A stretch of 59,524 bases of DNA, taken from assembly GCA_028701115.1 (NCBI GenBank), contig JAQVRJ010000001.1, positions 1 through 59,524 of the forward strand. Reading direction: 5' to 3'. Every line of letters starts with the position of its first letter. Positions within the stretch are counted from its first letter, which is position 1. The notes beneath the pieces are model-generated. The model saw nothing but the letters and a program-made list of their open reading frames with translations, searched no databases and was not told the DNA's origin. Positions 7,651-18,187 of the stretch are shown piece by piece. The position numbers and the translations under genes are program-made. This stretch comes from Clostridia bacterium. Lineage in GTDB: Bacteria; Bacillota; Clostridia; TANB77; SIG350.

Positions 7651-9849
7651 ATGGATATATTAGAAGGGTTAAATGATAGACAATATGAAGCTGTAACTAA
7701 TATAGAAGGACCAATGCTGGTATTAGCAGGAGCTGGAAGTGGTAAAACTAAAGTATTAACACATAGAATAGCATATATACTACAAGAAAAAGAAGTTAAG
7801 CCATGGAATATATTAGCTATAACATTTACTAATAAAGCAGCTAATGAAATGAAAGAAAGAGTTCTTAAGGTTGTTGGACCTGAAGCAAATGATATTTGGA
7901 TAGGGACTTTCCATTCTATTTGTGTAAGAATTTTGAGAAAGCATATAGATAAGATAGGATATACTTCGAATTTTAATATATATGATACAAATGATACTAA
8001 AGTATTGATAAAAGAATGTATTAAAGAATTAAATTTAGATATAAAAATGTATAGTGAAAAAAGTGTTCAATCAGTTATTTCAAAGGCAAAGAGTAATATG
8101 ATAGATTCTAGTAAATATTCAATAACTGCTAAAACTTTAAGAGAACAAAAGATAGCTGAAATTTATGAAATGTACCAAAAGAAACTAAAGCAAAATAATG
8201 GAGTTGATTTTGATGATATTATTCTTTGTACAATATATATATTACAAAATAATGCAGATGTATTAGAATATTATCAGGAGAAATTTAAATACATATTAGT
8301 TGATGAGTATCAAGATACTAACAAACCACAATTTATACTTATTAATTTATTATCTAAAAAATATAATAATATTTTTGTTGTTGGGGACAATGATCAATCG
8401 ATTTATGCTTTTAGGGGAGCAGATATATCTAATATATTAAATTTTGAAAAAGATTATCCAGGAGCAAAAACTGTTAAACTTGAACAAAATTATAGGTCAA
8501 CACAGCAGATTCTTGATGTAGCGAACTGTGTAATTAAAAATAATGAGACTAAAATTAGTAAAGTTTTATGGTGCGATAAAAAAGATGGTATTAAACCTGT
8601 GTATAACCCTGTGGAAAATCAGTTTAAAGAAGCACAATTTATTGCAGATACAATTAATGAATTAGTACGTGCTAGTGAAACATATAATGATAATGCAATA
8701 TTGTATAGAACGAATGCACAATCAAGAATTATAGAAGAAATATTTTTAAAAGAAAGAATACCATATAAAGTTATTGGTGGCATGAAGTTCTATGATAGAA
8801 AAGAAATAAAAGATATAATTGCATATTTACGAGTTATAGAGAATCCATCAGATTCAGTAAGTTTAAGAAGAATAATTAATGAGCCTAAAAGAGGAATTGG
8901 TGATACCACAATTGCTGGAATTTTAGAGGAAGCTAATAGAAATGGGTTAACTATGTTTGAAATTTTAGAAAATGCTGATAAATATGCCTTTAGATCATAT
9001 GAAGCATTAAAAGATTTTGCTAAAATGATAAAAGATTTTAGAGAAATAAAGGATACTATTACAATTGAAGATTTAATAAAAAGGGTGATAGATGTAACTG
9101 GATATAAACAGATACTTATAATAGAGGATACTGATGAATCAAGGAATAGAATAGAGAATATTGAAGAGTTAGTAACAACTGTACAAGAGTTTAGTGAAGA
9201 AAGTGCAGATAATACATTAGCTATGTTTTTAGAAAGTATATCTTTAATATCTGATTTAGATAATTTGGAGAATGAAAAAGATTATGTTGTTCTTATGACA
9301 ATACATAATGCTAAAGGTTTGGAGTTTAAAAATGTATTTATTGTTGGTGTTGAAGAAGGAATTTTTCCATCATATCAATCGTTAAATGAAGATGGTGGAA
9401 TAGAAGAAGAGCGAAGATTGTGTTATGTAGCTGTTACAAGAGCAAAAGAGAAGCTATATATTATATCAGCAAGAACTAGGACTATATACGGTAATACATC
9501 TTGTAATGAACCATCAAGGTTTATAAAAGAGATAAATTCAGAGTACATTGAAATAATGAAAAAAGAGCCAGTAAAAATAGTAAAAGAATATAATTTTAAT
9601 GACGTAGCTGTTCAAGGGTTCCGTAGCGCTGATGTTTTTTTAAACAGTTTAAAGAATATACCAACTGTTTCGGAAGTAGATATAAGTCAATTTAGAGTTG
9701 GTCAAAAAGTTAGTCATAGAAAGTTTGGAATTGGTACTATAAAATCAATACAGCCGGAGGATAATGATTATAAAATGGAAATAGATTTTGAAGTGTTTGG
9801 TTTAAAAAGACTTATGGCAAATTTTGCGAGACTTGAAATTATTGATTAA
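7651..9849 (+). CDS. pcrA: ATP-dependent DNA helicase PcrA (UvrD family)
   Basis: AGAGSGKT, DEYQDTN, the QNYRST motif and VTRAKEKLYI are present in a 732-aa protein. Confidence 0.9.
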   Translation: MDILEGLNDRQYEAVTNIEGPMLVLAGAGSGKTKVLTHRIAYILQEKEVKPWNILAITFTNKAANEMKERVLKVVGPEANDIWIGTFHSICVRILRKHIDKIGYTSNFNIYDTNDTKVLIKECIKELNLDIKMYSEKSVQSVISKAKSNMIDSSKYSITAKTLREQKIAEIYEMYQKKLKQNNGVDFDDIILCTIYILQNNADVLEYYQEKFKYILVDEYQDTNKPQFILINLLSKKYNNIFVVGDNDQSIYAFRGADISNILNFEKDYPGAKTVKLEQNYRSTQQILDVANCVIKNNETKISKVLWCDKKDGIKPVYNPVENQFKEAQFIADTINELVRASETYNDNAILYRTNAQSRIIEEIFLKERIPYKVIGGMKFYDRKEIKDIIAYLRVIENPSDSVSLRRIINEPKRGIGDTTIAGILEEANRNGLTMFEILENADKYAFRSYEALKDFAKMIKDFREIKDTITIEDLIKRVIDVTGYKQILIIEDTDESRNRIENIEELVTTVQEFSEESADNTLAMFLESISLISDLDNLENEKDYVVLMTIHNAKGLEFKNVFIVGVEEGIFPSYQSLNEDGGIEEERRLCYVAVTRAKEKLYIISARTRTIYGNTSCNEPSRFIKEINSEYIEIMKKEPVKIVKEYNFNDVAVQGFRSADVFLNSLKNIPTVSEVDISQFRVGQKVSHRKFGIGTIKSIQPEDNDYKMEIDFEVFGLKRLMANFARLEIID

Positions 9850-10023
9850 AAACAGAGTAAATAGAAGGAAAAGATAGAAATTGAGAGCTTTTAAAAGCAT
9901 TTGTACTATTCAAAACACCTTAAAAGTATATAAATGAGGATAATTTTTGAAAATTCTGCTTGAAGTGGTTTGTATTATTCGGTAAAACCATCTATAATTA
10001 TATATTGTGATACATAGGAGGCG

Positions 10024-11001
10024 ATGTATATTAATAGCAAAGGTAACCTGAGAATGATTGGTACTAAGCATAGAATAAGTTATAGTGTAATTGTAATGGT
10101 AGTTATGGTAATAGTGTTATTAACAGTTTTAGTAATGTTAAAACCAGTATATGATGTAACTATAAGTGGTTCCCATATTGGGTATATCAATCAAAAGAGT
10201 GAATTTGTAGAGTTAATTGATAATTTCTTAACACAAGAAAATGATGAAATAGCATATATAGATATGCAAGAACAACCAGAATATACTTTTACAGTAGTAT
10301 CTAGGGCTGAGCCAATAGATAATGAAAAGGTATATAATGATGTTATTGCAACAGCATATGTATATCAAAAGGTTTATTCAATATTTGCAGATAATCAAGA
10401 AGTGGCATTAGTTTCATATGAAAATGATGCAAATGAATTGTTATCTGAACTTAAAAAAATTAAAACTACAGCAGATTTTTCAATAGCTGAAGGAAATTTA
10501 ATTAATCCACAAGTTATTACAAAAGATGAATTGATTACTTTAATAAATACAGATTATAAAGTAAATACAAAGAATAGTGTATTATCAAGTGCTAAAAATG
10601 TAAGTAAGATTATAGATGTTGGATTTAGTTTTGAAACACCATTAAGAGGTGTCATAACTTCAAGATATGGATACAGATCAAGTGGAATGCATACGGGAAT
10701 AGATATAGCAAATAGATATGATACTCCCATATATGCAGCTGCTGATGGAACAGTAATATATTCAGGTATAAAAGGTACATATGGTAATACAGTTATTATA
10801 CAACATGATAATGATATAGTAACATATTATGCACATTGTAATAAATTACTTGTTGAAAAAGGAGATATTGTTGAGCAAGGTATGCAAATTGCAACAATAG
10901 GAATGACAGGTAATACTACAGGCCCACATTTACACTTTGAAGTAAGAGTTAATGGTCATGATGTTGATCCTTCAAAATATGTAGGTAATATAGGAAGATA
11001 A
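10024..11001 (+). CDS. membrane-anchored M23 family metallopeptidase (LytM-type)
   Basis: An N-terminal TM helix is followed by a C-terminal HTGIDIA ... GPHLHFEV motif set. Confidence 0.8.
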   Translation: MYINSKGNLRMIGTKHRISYSVIVMVVMVIVLLTVLVMLKPVYDVTISGSHIGYINQKSEFVELIDNFLTQENDEIAYIDMQEQPEYTFTVVSRAEPIDNEKVYNDVIATAYVYQKVYSIFADNQEVALVSYENDANELLSELKKIKTTADFSIAEGNLINPQVITKDELITLINTDYKVNTKNSVLSSAKNVSKIIDVGFSFETPLRGVITSRYGYRSSGMHTGIDIANRYDTPIYAAADGTVIYSGIKGTYGNTVIIQHDNDIVTYYAHCNKLLVEKGDIVEQGMQIATIGMTGNTTGPHLHFEVRVNGHDVDPSKYVGNIGR

Positions 11002-11054
11002 AAATAAAAAAGAATTGATAAATATTTATCAATTCTTTTATTTTAATTATTTTA

Positions 11055-11315
11055 TTAATTTAAATTTATTTTTTTACATATATCATTGTATTGAATATTT
11101 TTTGAGTATTGTGAAAATTCTGTTGATGAAAAATAGCGAGATAAATTAGTAGAGCTAACCCCCGTTGAATGTATTATATCTGAGAACAATAAAGATTTAT
11201 TTGTTTCACAGTAATCAATTAATTTTGCTTTATCATTTGCATCTATTGGTAAACAATTTGCACAAACATCATTATCTCCAATAAAGAAACAACCACAGCG
11301 ATTACATTTTTTCAT
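11055..11315 (-). CDS. small zinc-ribbon protein, function unknown
   Basis: CNRCG..CANC at the N-terminus of an 86-aa protein. Confidence 0.45.
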   Translation of the reverse strand: MKKCNRCGCFFIGDNDVCANCLPIDANDKAKLIDYCETNKSLLFSDIIHSTGVSSTNLSRYFSSTEFSQYSKNIQYNDICKKINLN

Positions 11316-11414
11316 AATATACCTCCCAAAAATTTTTGTTAAGCAAATTATATCACATTAGATATTAATTTGTAAATTAAAAATAAAAAAAACTAAAAAA
11401 TATATAAAATTTAT

Positions 11415-11861
11415 TCAATATTTTTTAGTTTTTGAATTAATTGATAATTGTTTTTGAAATATATACTCTAATTCTCTTAATGATATATTGCTATTGTTAA
11501 TAAAAATACTTACAGATAATAGATTTATTTTATTTGTACCTATTATTTCTGTACAATATAAAGTTTTAATAATTATACTTTTAATATTGCTTATATTAGT
11601 AGCGATATAGTCTGTTTGAGAAAAAATATAATTTGCAGAACTTTTATCAATATAGTCTTGTTCATAAACAAACGTTGCGAATTGTTCAATGTTATTTGAT
11701 ATGCAAATACTGTAATTGTATTTTTTATCAAATAAGGTATATGGATAATTCCTCATATGATTAATAATAATGTTTACTAAATCTTTATTTAGTTCTTTAA
11801 ATACATTTTCTATTAATCCTACTTCTGAAAAAATTTCATTGGCTATTACAAATTTGAACAT
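11415..11861 (-). CDS. hypothetical protein
   Basis: 148-aa ORF with no recognisable motif. Confidence 0.35.
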   Translation of the reverse strand: MFKFVIANEIFSEVGLIENVFKELNKDLVNIIINHMRNYPYTLFDKKYNYSICISNNIEQFATFVYEQDYIDKSSANYIFSQTDYIATNISNIKSIIIKTLYCTEIIGTNKINLLSVSIFINNSNISLRELEYIFQKQLSINSKTKKY

Positions 11862-11974
11862 AGTAATAGTATATCATATTACTTTAATTATGTAAAGTTG
11901 AGATATAATATATTTTAAAAATAATAGACAAATAAAAAAAAATAGTATAATATATATTAATAAGGAGTGAAAAT

Positions 11975-12478
11975 ATGTTTTATCCAAATAAAATTTTTAA
12001 CAAAATTGAAGATATAGATATTAAGTTTTTAAAAGATTTAGGTATTAAAGGTGTTATTTTAGATGTAGATAACACTTTAATAGATAACTCTAAAATTTTA
12101 TCTGAAGATAAATATAACTGGGTTATGAGCTTAAAAGAAAATGGAATTAATGCATGTATACTTTCAAATACAATAATAAAAGATAAAGTGGAAGAGGTAG
12201 CAAATAAATTAGATATAAAGTACTTTATGTTTGCTAAAAAGCCTTTAAGTGGTGGATTTAAAAGATGTAAAAAATATTTAAACTTAAATAGCTCAGAGAT
12301 TTGTGTAATTGGAGATCAAATATTTACAGATATTTTAGGTGGAAATATTACAAAAATGTATACAATATATGTTCATCCAATTAGTCCAAAAGATTGTAGT
12401 ATAACAACAACTATTAAAAGACCATTAGAAAAAATGGTAGTTAAATCATATTTAAAAAGGATGGAAGATAATAAATGA
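11975..12478 (+). CDS. YqeG-family HAD-IIIA phosphatase
   Basis: DVDNTL catalytic motif, GDQIFTDILGGN, and the 167-aa size typical of YqeG. Confidence 0.75.
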   Translation: MFYPNKIFNKIEDIDIKFLKDLGIKGVILDVDNTLIDNSKILSEDKYNWVMSLKENGINACILSNTIIKDKVEEVANKLDIKYFMFAKKPLSGGFKRCKKYLNLNSSEICVIGDQIFTDILGGNITKMYTIYVHPISPKDCSITTTIKRPLEKMVVKSYLKRMEDNK

Positions 12479-13203
12479 TAAATACATTTGGTTTAATATT
12501 AACAATAATAATATTAGGTATATTGGGAATTATTGGTTTTTTTGCTGGTCAAATCTCAAGAGTATGTTACGATGTATTGCCTTGTGATGAAGGAGTTCCA
12601 GAAGCACCAGTTTTTAGAAAAAAGAATTTTCAAAAAAGATTAAGTATATTGTTTGGTATACCAATGATGATATTATTACCAATATTATTTTGGTTTTTAG
12701 GACTTAGTATAGAATTCTTTATATTTGCATTATTATCTGTTGCATTATTGGCTATAATTGCTATAGACTATAAGCATTATATAATACCAGATAAATTAAA
12801 TTTATTTATAATATTTTTAGGTATAATATATATATCAATTTTCTTTCTATTATCTCAACAAGAATTAGCATTTAATCATATAATGGGAGGACTATTAGGA
12901 GGTTCAATATTTTTAGCATTAGCTTTAATATCATTACTTATATTAAGGAAAGAAGGTATGGGTTTTGGAGATATTAAATTAATGTTTGGTTTAGGATTAA
13001 TTTTTGGAGTAAAAGGAATTTTAGTATTAACATTAATTGCATTTACAATTGGTGCTATTGCTTGTATATTTTTTATAATAACACGAATTAAAAAGGTAAC
13101 AGACTATATTCCTTTTGGACCATATATTTGTCTTGCATCAGTAATATTAATGTTTATTCCAGCTGGATTTTTTGTAGATTGGTATTTGAAGTTATTATTA
13201 TAG
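12475..13203 (+). CDS. A24-family prepilin peptidase
   Basis: A polytopic membrane protein with the Asp motifs IDYKHYIIPD and GMGFGDIKL. It overlaps the yqeG-like gene by 4 nt. Confidence 0.75.
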   Translation: MINTFGLILTIIILGILGIIGFFAGQISRVCYDVLPCDEGVPEAPVFRKKNFQKRLSILFGIPMMILLPILFWFLGLSIEFFIFALLSVALLAIIAIDYKHYIIPDKLNLFIIFLGIIYISIFFLLSQQELAFNHIMGGLLGGSIFLALALISLLILRKEGMGFGDIKLMFGLGLIFGVKGILVLTLIAFTIGAIACIFFIITRIKKVTDYIPFGPYICLASVILMFIPAGFFVDWYLKLLL

Positions 13204-13211
13204 GAGGAAAA

Positions 13212-14027
13212 ATGAAAAAGAAAGTATTTATTATTACAACAATAGTTTTAATTATGATATTTATTATAGCTTTTGTTGTAATAGACAGAGAAGATATTAA
13301 AATAGATTTTAGAACTATTGATGCAAAGACTACTTTTAGTGGTATTTCCACTATTGAAGAATTAAAAAAATATGATGGAAAGCGAATAGAAATTTATGGT
13401 TTTATGTCTCCCTTGTCGCCATATGGTTATTCGTATGTGTATATAGCAAGTTCCCCATATGCAGTTGAATTATTTGATAATACAGATTTTAATTCTATAG
13501 CTGTGTTTACAGATAATGAGAAAAGTGTATATTATACAAATGCTATAGTTAAAGTTGTAGGTACTCTTGAATTTAAAAATTTTACGGATGATGCAGAATT
13601 AACGTATTCATATAGACTAATAAATGCAACCATAACCGAAGCAGATATATCTGAATTAGATTCGAAATTAATACCATATTATATTGTATCAAAAGAGTTG
13701 GTTTTAGATTTGTTGAATGGTATATTTTGTAGATTGGATCTAGCCGTAAACTATGAAGCTTATATAGCTGATGGAACTATGCAAGAATCCGATTTAAAAG
13801 TAATCGATGTTACCGATTGTGATTCAATACTATCTAAATTGAAATATCATAAAAACAATGCAGATTTTACAGTTTTAAATGAAGTTGTAACTAATTTAAA
13901 ATCAATAATAGAAAAAGTTAATGTGTTAATTGAGAATAAGGATTATACAAAATTAGCTGATTATATTTCAAATTTTGATACTGAGTATTATAAATTTGAG
14001 GAATGGATATTAAAATTTAGTATATAA
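13212..14027 (+). CDS. membrane-anchored hypothetical protein
   Basis: I prefer the ATG at 13212, preceded by TAGGAGG, over the track start at 13128. There is one N-terminal TM helix and no known motif. Confidence 0.5.
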   Translation: MKKKVFIITTIVLIMIFIIAFVVIDREDIKIDFRTIDAKTTFSGISTIEELKKYDGKRIEIYGFMSPLSPYGYSYVYIASSPYAVELFDNTDFNSIAVFTDNEKSVYYTNAIVKVVGTLEFKNFTDDAELTYSYRLINATITEADISELDSKLIPYYIVSKELVLDLLNGIFCRLDLAVNYEAYIADGTMQESDLKVIDVTDCDSILSKLKYHKNNADFTVLNEVVTNLKSIIEKVNVLIENKDYTKLADYISNFDTEYYKFEEWILKFSI

Positions 14028-14037
14028 GGGAGATTAT

Positions 14038-15102
14038 ATGATAAACTACAATGCAGTAGAAAAAGTTAGAGATTATATGAGAGAGTTTAAAATTGATGGG
14101 ATGTATTTTTCCAATTATAAGAATATATCATATATATTAAATATTAATGTACAAGAAGAACTATATATTACGTTTGAAGAGATTTTCCTATTATCTAATA
14201 GTTTATATATAACAGACAGAAAAGCACAATTACCTAATATTAAAATACTAAATTTATCTAAAAAAGAAGATTATATTTTCTTGCAAAACTTATTAAAAGA
14301 TAAAACTATTGGTATAGAATCAAGATATATGAATGTATATGAGTATAATATTTTTAAAGATATATATAAAAATATTAATATTGTACCAATTAGCGAGATG
14401 ATAGAGTTAATTAGAGTTATAAAAAGTGATGAAGAAATCAATAAAATAAAAAAAGCTTCTGAAATTACTTTACAAGCTTTTGAGCATATTGTACAATATA
14501 TAAAGCCTTATCAAACTGAGATAGATATTAAAAATGAATTAGAAACATATATGTTTAGATCAGGGGCAAATGGTTTAGCATTTGAAACGATAGTTACAAG
14601 TGGACCAAATACAAGTAAGCCACATGCCATACCATCTGAAAGAAAAATACAAGAAAATGATATTATACTTTTGGATTTTGGTGCAAGTTATGAAGGATAT
14701 TGTACAGATATGACAAGAACAATATTTATAGGAAATGTTTCAGAAGATATTAAAGAAAAGTATAATATTGTATTAGAAGCACAAAAAAAAGTATTGGATT
14801 GTATAAATCAGTATGTTAATATTCAAGATATAGACAGAATGGTAAGAACATATTTTTTGCAAAATAAATTAGAAGATAAATTTGTTCATTCATTAGGTCA
14901 TGGTGTTGGCATTGAAGCACATGAAGCACCAAGCATAACTGGTAGAGGTGAATATATTTTGAAAAAAAATATGGTTTTAGCGATTGAGCCAGGCATATAT
15001 TTTGAAAATGAATATGGAATTAGAATAGAAGATACTATAGTAGTTAAAGAAGATGGTATTGAAGTATTAACAAATTGTAATAAAGAAATAATTACTATAT
15101 AA
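14038..15102 (+). CDS. M24 family Xaa-Pro aminopeptidase/dipeptidase
   Basis: The pita-bread fold metal ligands are present: DFGASYEGYCTDMTRT, HSLGHGVGIEAHE, EPGIY, IEDT. Confidence 0.85.
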   Translation: MINYNAVEKVRDYMREFKIDGMYFSNYKNISYILNINVQEELYITFEEIFLLSNSLYITDRKAQLPNIKILNLSKKEDYIFLQNLLKDKTIGIESRYMNVYEYNIFKDIYKNINIVPISEMIELIRVIKSDEEINKIKKASEITLQAFEHIVQYIKPYQTEIDIKNELETYMFRSGANGLAFETIVTSGPNTSKPHAIPSERKIQENDIILLDFGASYEGYCTDMTRTIFIGNVSEDIKEKYNIVLEAQKKVLDCINQYVNIQDIDRMVRTYFLQNKLEDKFVHSLGHGVGIEAHEAPSITGRGEYILKKNMVLAIEPGIYFENEYGIRIEDTIVVKEDGIEVLTNCNKEIITI

Positions 15103-15113
15103 AGGAGTAAAAG

Positions 15114-17114
15114 ATGGCAGATTATTTATTGATAGTAGAATCACCAGCAAAATCAAATACTATTAAAAAGTTTTTAGGAAGTAAGTACAAAGTTGTTGCT
15201 TCAATGGGACACGTAAGGGATTTACCAAAAAGTCAATTTGGAATAGATGTTGAAAATGACTTTGAACCTAAATACATTAATATGAGAGATAAGAGCAAAG
15301 TTATAAAAGAGTTGAAAGCAGAAGCAAAAGGTATGAAAAAAATCATACTTGCAACCGACCCTGATCGTGAGGGGGAAGCTATTGCTTGGCATTTAGCCTT
15401 TATACTTGGCGTAGACATTGATTCAACTTGTAGAGTAACTTTTAATGAAATAACAAAAGAAGCTGTTACAAAAGCTATCAAGGAACCAAGAAAATTAAAT
15501 ATAAATTTAATTGATGCTCAACAAGCAAGAAGAGTATTAGATAGAATGGTTGGATATAAGATTAGTCCTTTATTATGGAAAAAAGTTCAAAAAGGGTTAA
15601 GTGCTGGTAGAGTGCAATCTGTTGCTTGCCGTTTAATAGTTGAGCGTGAAGAAGAAATAGATAAATTTAATCCAGAAGAATATTGGAGTTTAATTGCCAA
15701 TTTATATGATGAGAAAACTCAAAAAAGTGTAGATGCAAAATTAATTCATTATAAAAATGAGAAGATAGAAATTAAATCAAAAGAAGAAGTAGATAGAATA
15801 ATAAGTGCAGTTAAGAATGAAAAGTTTATTGTATCAGAAGTAAAGTTAGGAACAAGACAAAGGCATTCGGCAGCACCTTTTACAACATCAACATTACAAC
15901 AAGAAGCATCAAGAAAATTGGGATTTACTTTAAAGAAAACTATGATGGTTGCGCAGCAGTTATATGAAGGAATAAATATAGGTGGAAAAATTAGTGGTCT
16001 TATAACATATATGAGAACTGACTCTGTACGTTTATCTGAAGAAGCGCGTGCAATCGCAAAAGAAATAATATGTAAAAAATATGGTAATGAATATTATGAA
16101 GGCACATATTATAAATCGAAATCTAATATTCAAGATGGGCATGAAGCAATTAGACCTGCACATCCTGAGTTGGATCCAGATGATGTAAAAGAATATTTAT
16201 CTAAAGAACAATATAAATTATATAATTTAATTCATAATAGATTTATTGCAAGTCAAATGTCCAGCGCAATTTATGATACAATAGTAATAGATTTTGATGT
16301 GAAAAATTATTTATTTAGAGCAACTGGTTCTAATCTAAAATTCTTAGGATTTATGTCTGTATATATTGAAGACAAAGATGAAAAAGAAGACGAAGAAATG
16401 ATGTTACCAATTGTTGAGCAAAATCAAGAATTGCATTTGGAAAATTTACAACCAGAACAACATTTTACAGAACCACCTCCAAGATATACTGAAGCTAGTT
16501 TAGTAAAAACATTAGAAGAAAAAGGAATAGGTAGGCCAAGTACGTATGCGCCAACTATTAGCACAATAATAGATAGAGGATATGTTGAAAAAAATGAGAA
16601 AAAACTATTTGCTACTGAGTTAGGTAAAATAGTTACAAAATTATTAATAGATAATTTTGGAGATATAGTTAATGTTGAGTTTACTGCTGGTATGGAAAGT
16701 AAACTTGATGATGTTGAAGAAGGTAAAGTTCAATGGAAACAGGTTGTAAAAGAATTCTATAATCCATTTTCAGTAAAATTGGCAGAAGTTGAAAAAGAGT
16801 TGGAACATGTTGAGCTTGTTCATGAGGAATCAGATGTTAAATGTGAAAAATGCGGAAGAATTATGGTATATAAATATGGTAAGTTTGGAAAATTTCTTGC
16901 TTGTCCTGGATTCCCTGAATGTAGAAATGCAAAAGCAATTATAGAAAAGTTAGATATGAAATGCCCAATGTGTGGGGGAGATATATTAATTAAAAAGAGC
17001 AAGAAAAAGAAAAAGTATTATATTTGTGAAAATAATAATCCAGATAATGGTTGTGAGTACATAGTATTTCAAAAACCAAAAAAGCCAAAAGTAGAAAAGG
17101 AAAAAGATGAATAG
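15114..17114 (+). CDS. topA: DNA topoisomerase I
   Basis: A Toprim N-terminus (LIVESPAKSNTIKKFLG), an active-site Tyr context (ITYMRTDS), C-terminal Cys4 zinc ribbons and a Lys-rich tail. Confidence 0.95.
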   Translation: MADYLLIVESPAKSNTIKKFLGSKYKVVASMGHVRDLPKSQFGIDVENDFEPKYINMRDKSKVIKELKAEAKGMKKIILATDPDREGEAIAWHLAFILGVDIDSTCRVTFNEITKEAVTKAIKEPRKLNINLIDAQQARRVLDRMVGYKISPLLWKKVQKGLSAGRVQSVACRLIVEREEEIDKFNPEEYWSLIANLYDEKTQKSVDAKLIHYKNEKIEIKSKEEVDRIISAVKNEKFIVSEVKLGTRQRHSAAPFTTSTLQQEASRKLGFTLKKTMMVAQQLYEGINIGGKISGLITYMRTDSVRLSEEARAIAKEIICKKYGNEYYEGTYYKSKSNIQDGHEAIRPAHPELDPDDVKEYLSKEQYKLYNLIHNRFIASQMSSAIYDTIVIDFDVKNYLFRATGSNLKFLGFMSVYIEDKDEKEDEEMMLPIVEQNQELHLENLQPEQHFTEPPPRYTEASLVKTLEEKGIGRPSTYAPTISTIIDRGYVEKNEKKLFATELGKIVTKLLIDNFGDIVNVEFTAGMESKLDDVEEGKVQWKQVVKEFYNPFSVKLAEVEKELEHVELVHEESDVKCEKCGRIMVYKYGKFGKFLACPGFPECRNAKAIIEKLDMKCPMCGGDILIKKSKKKKKYYICENNNPDNGCEYIVFQKPKKPKVEKEKDE

Positions 17115-17661
17115 TATAAAAGATATAATGCCATTTAAATTGCCTAATTTAATAGCAGATAGATTAATACTAAGAGAATTTGAAGATAAAGACGCTCAAG
17201 ATTTGTATGAATATTGTTCAGATGAAGATGTTGTTGGTGAATTATCTTTTAAAACATATAAAAATATTAATGACGCATATGATAGAATAGACTTTTTAAA
17301 AGCTAAATATGCGCAACATGATTCTGCATGTTGGGCTATAGAATTAAAAGATGAAAATAAAGTTATTGGTTCAATAGAAATATTTTATATAAATAAAATT
17401 CTAAAAATTGGTTATTGTGAAAATAAAAAGTATTGGAGAAAAGGTTATCTAAATGAAGCACTTAAAAGTGTAATAGAATATATATTTAGCAATAATATAA
17501 ATGATTATATTATTGGTGAATGTATACATACTAATATAGCTTCACAAAGTTTAATGAAAACAAATGGATTTAAACATATTGAAACAGTTAAGAATGGTTT
17601 TAATATACATGGAATAAAATATGATAAATATATATTTAAAATAGAAAAAACAAAAAAGTAA
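17107..17661 (+). CDS. GNAT family N-acetyltransferase (RimJ/RimL-like)
   Basis: RLILREFEDKDAQDLYEY and YWRKGYLNEALKSVIEY are acetyl-CoA binding region motifs. It overlaps topA by 8 nt. Confidence 0.7.
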   Translation: MNSIKDIMPFKLPNLIADRLILREFEDKDAQDLYEYCSDEDVVGELSFKTYKNINDAYDRIDFLKAKYAQHDSACWAIELKDENKVIGSIEIFYINKILKIGYCENKKYWRKGYLNEALKSVIEYIFSNNINDYIIGECIHTNIASQSLMKTNGFKHIETVKNGFNIHGIKYDKYIFKIEKTKK

Positions 17662-17710
17662 TTTACTTTTTTGTTTTTTATTAAATGTAGAAAATTAGAT
17701 CAATGATGAT

Positions 17711-18148
17711 TTAAAATGCTACTAAAATTGAAATATATAAATTCCAAGGAAGAGAATAATCTGTTACGTTATTTTCTTCTGATGGTACAATCGCTAAAAA
17801 ATTGTATTCAATTTCTACAGTTCCGAAATTATCATTATACATTTTTTCTAATGCGAAGTAACAATCTTCAACTAAATAATTATTTTCTAGAGTTTCAATC
17901 CAATTATTAAAATCTTCTTTTCTAAAGAATAAATTAATTGATGCGTTGTAATTTTCATTAAGTTGTAAAGCTTCTGTTGCTAAATCGATATATTTTGACG
18001 TTCTTTCATATAAACGGTTATCCTCATCTTTTAAGTTAGATATAACCGAAATGGATGCTATTACAGCTTCAATAATATAATCAGAGAATTCATCGTAGTT
18101 TTTCAAATTATTGTAATTAAAACTAATTAAAGGCTTACTTGCAATCAT
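17711..18148 (-). CDS. hypothetical acidic protein downstream of serS
   Basis: 145-aa ORF, co-directional with serS and 40 nt after it. No motif recognised. Confidence 0.35.
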   Translation of the reverse strand: MIASKPLISFNYNNLKNYDEFSDYIIEAVIASISVISNLKDEDNRLYERTSKYIDLATEALQLNENYNASINLFFRKEDFNNWIETLENNYLVEDCYFALEKMYNDNFGTVEIEYNFLAIVPSEENNVTDYSLPWNLYISILVAF

Positions 18149-18187
18149 GCATGTATTATATATTATTTTTCAATATATTACAATATA

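Noticed and set aside
9850-10023. A possible riboswitch (for example the c-di-AMP/ydaO type) in the 174-nt leader of the M23 peptidase gene.
   Set aside because: I could not find the conserved ydaO-type motifs or a convincing terminator/antiterminator pair. Only short AT-rich palindromes are present.
13128-13211. The upstream start (13128) for the membrane-anchored protein, overlapping the prepilin peptidase gene.
   Set aside because: The ATG at 13212 is preceded by TAGGAGG at ideal spacing and gives a normal MKKK-plus-TM N-terminus. The extension would overlap the peptidase gene by 76 nt.
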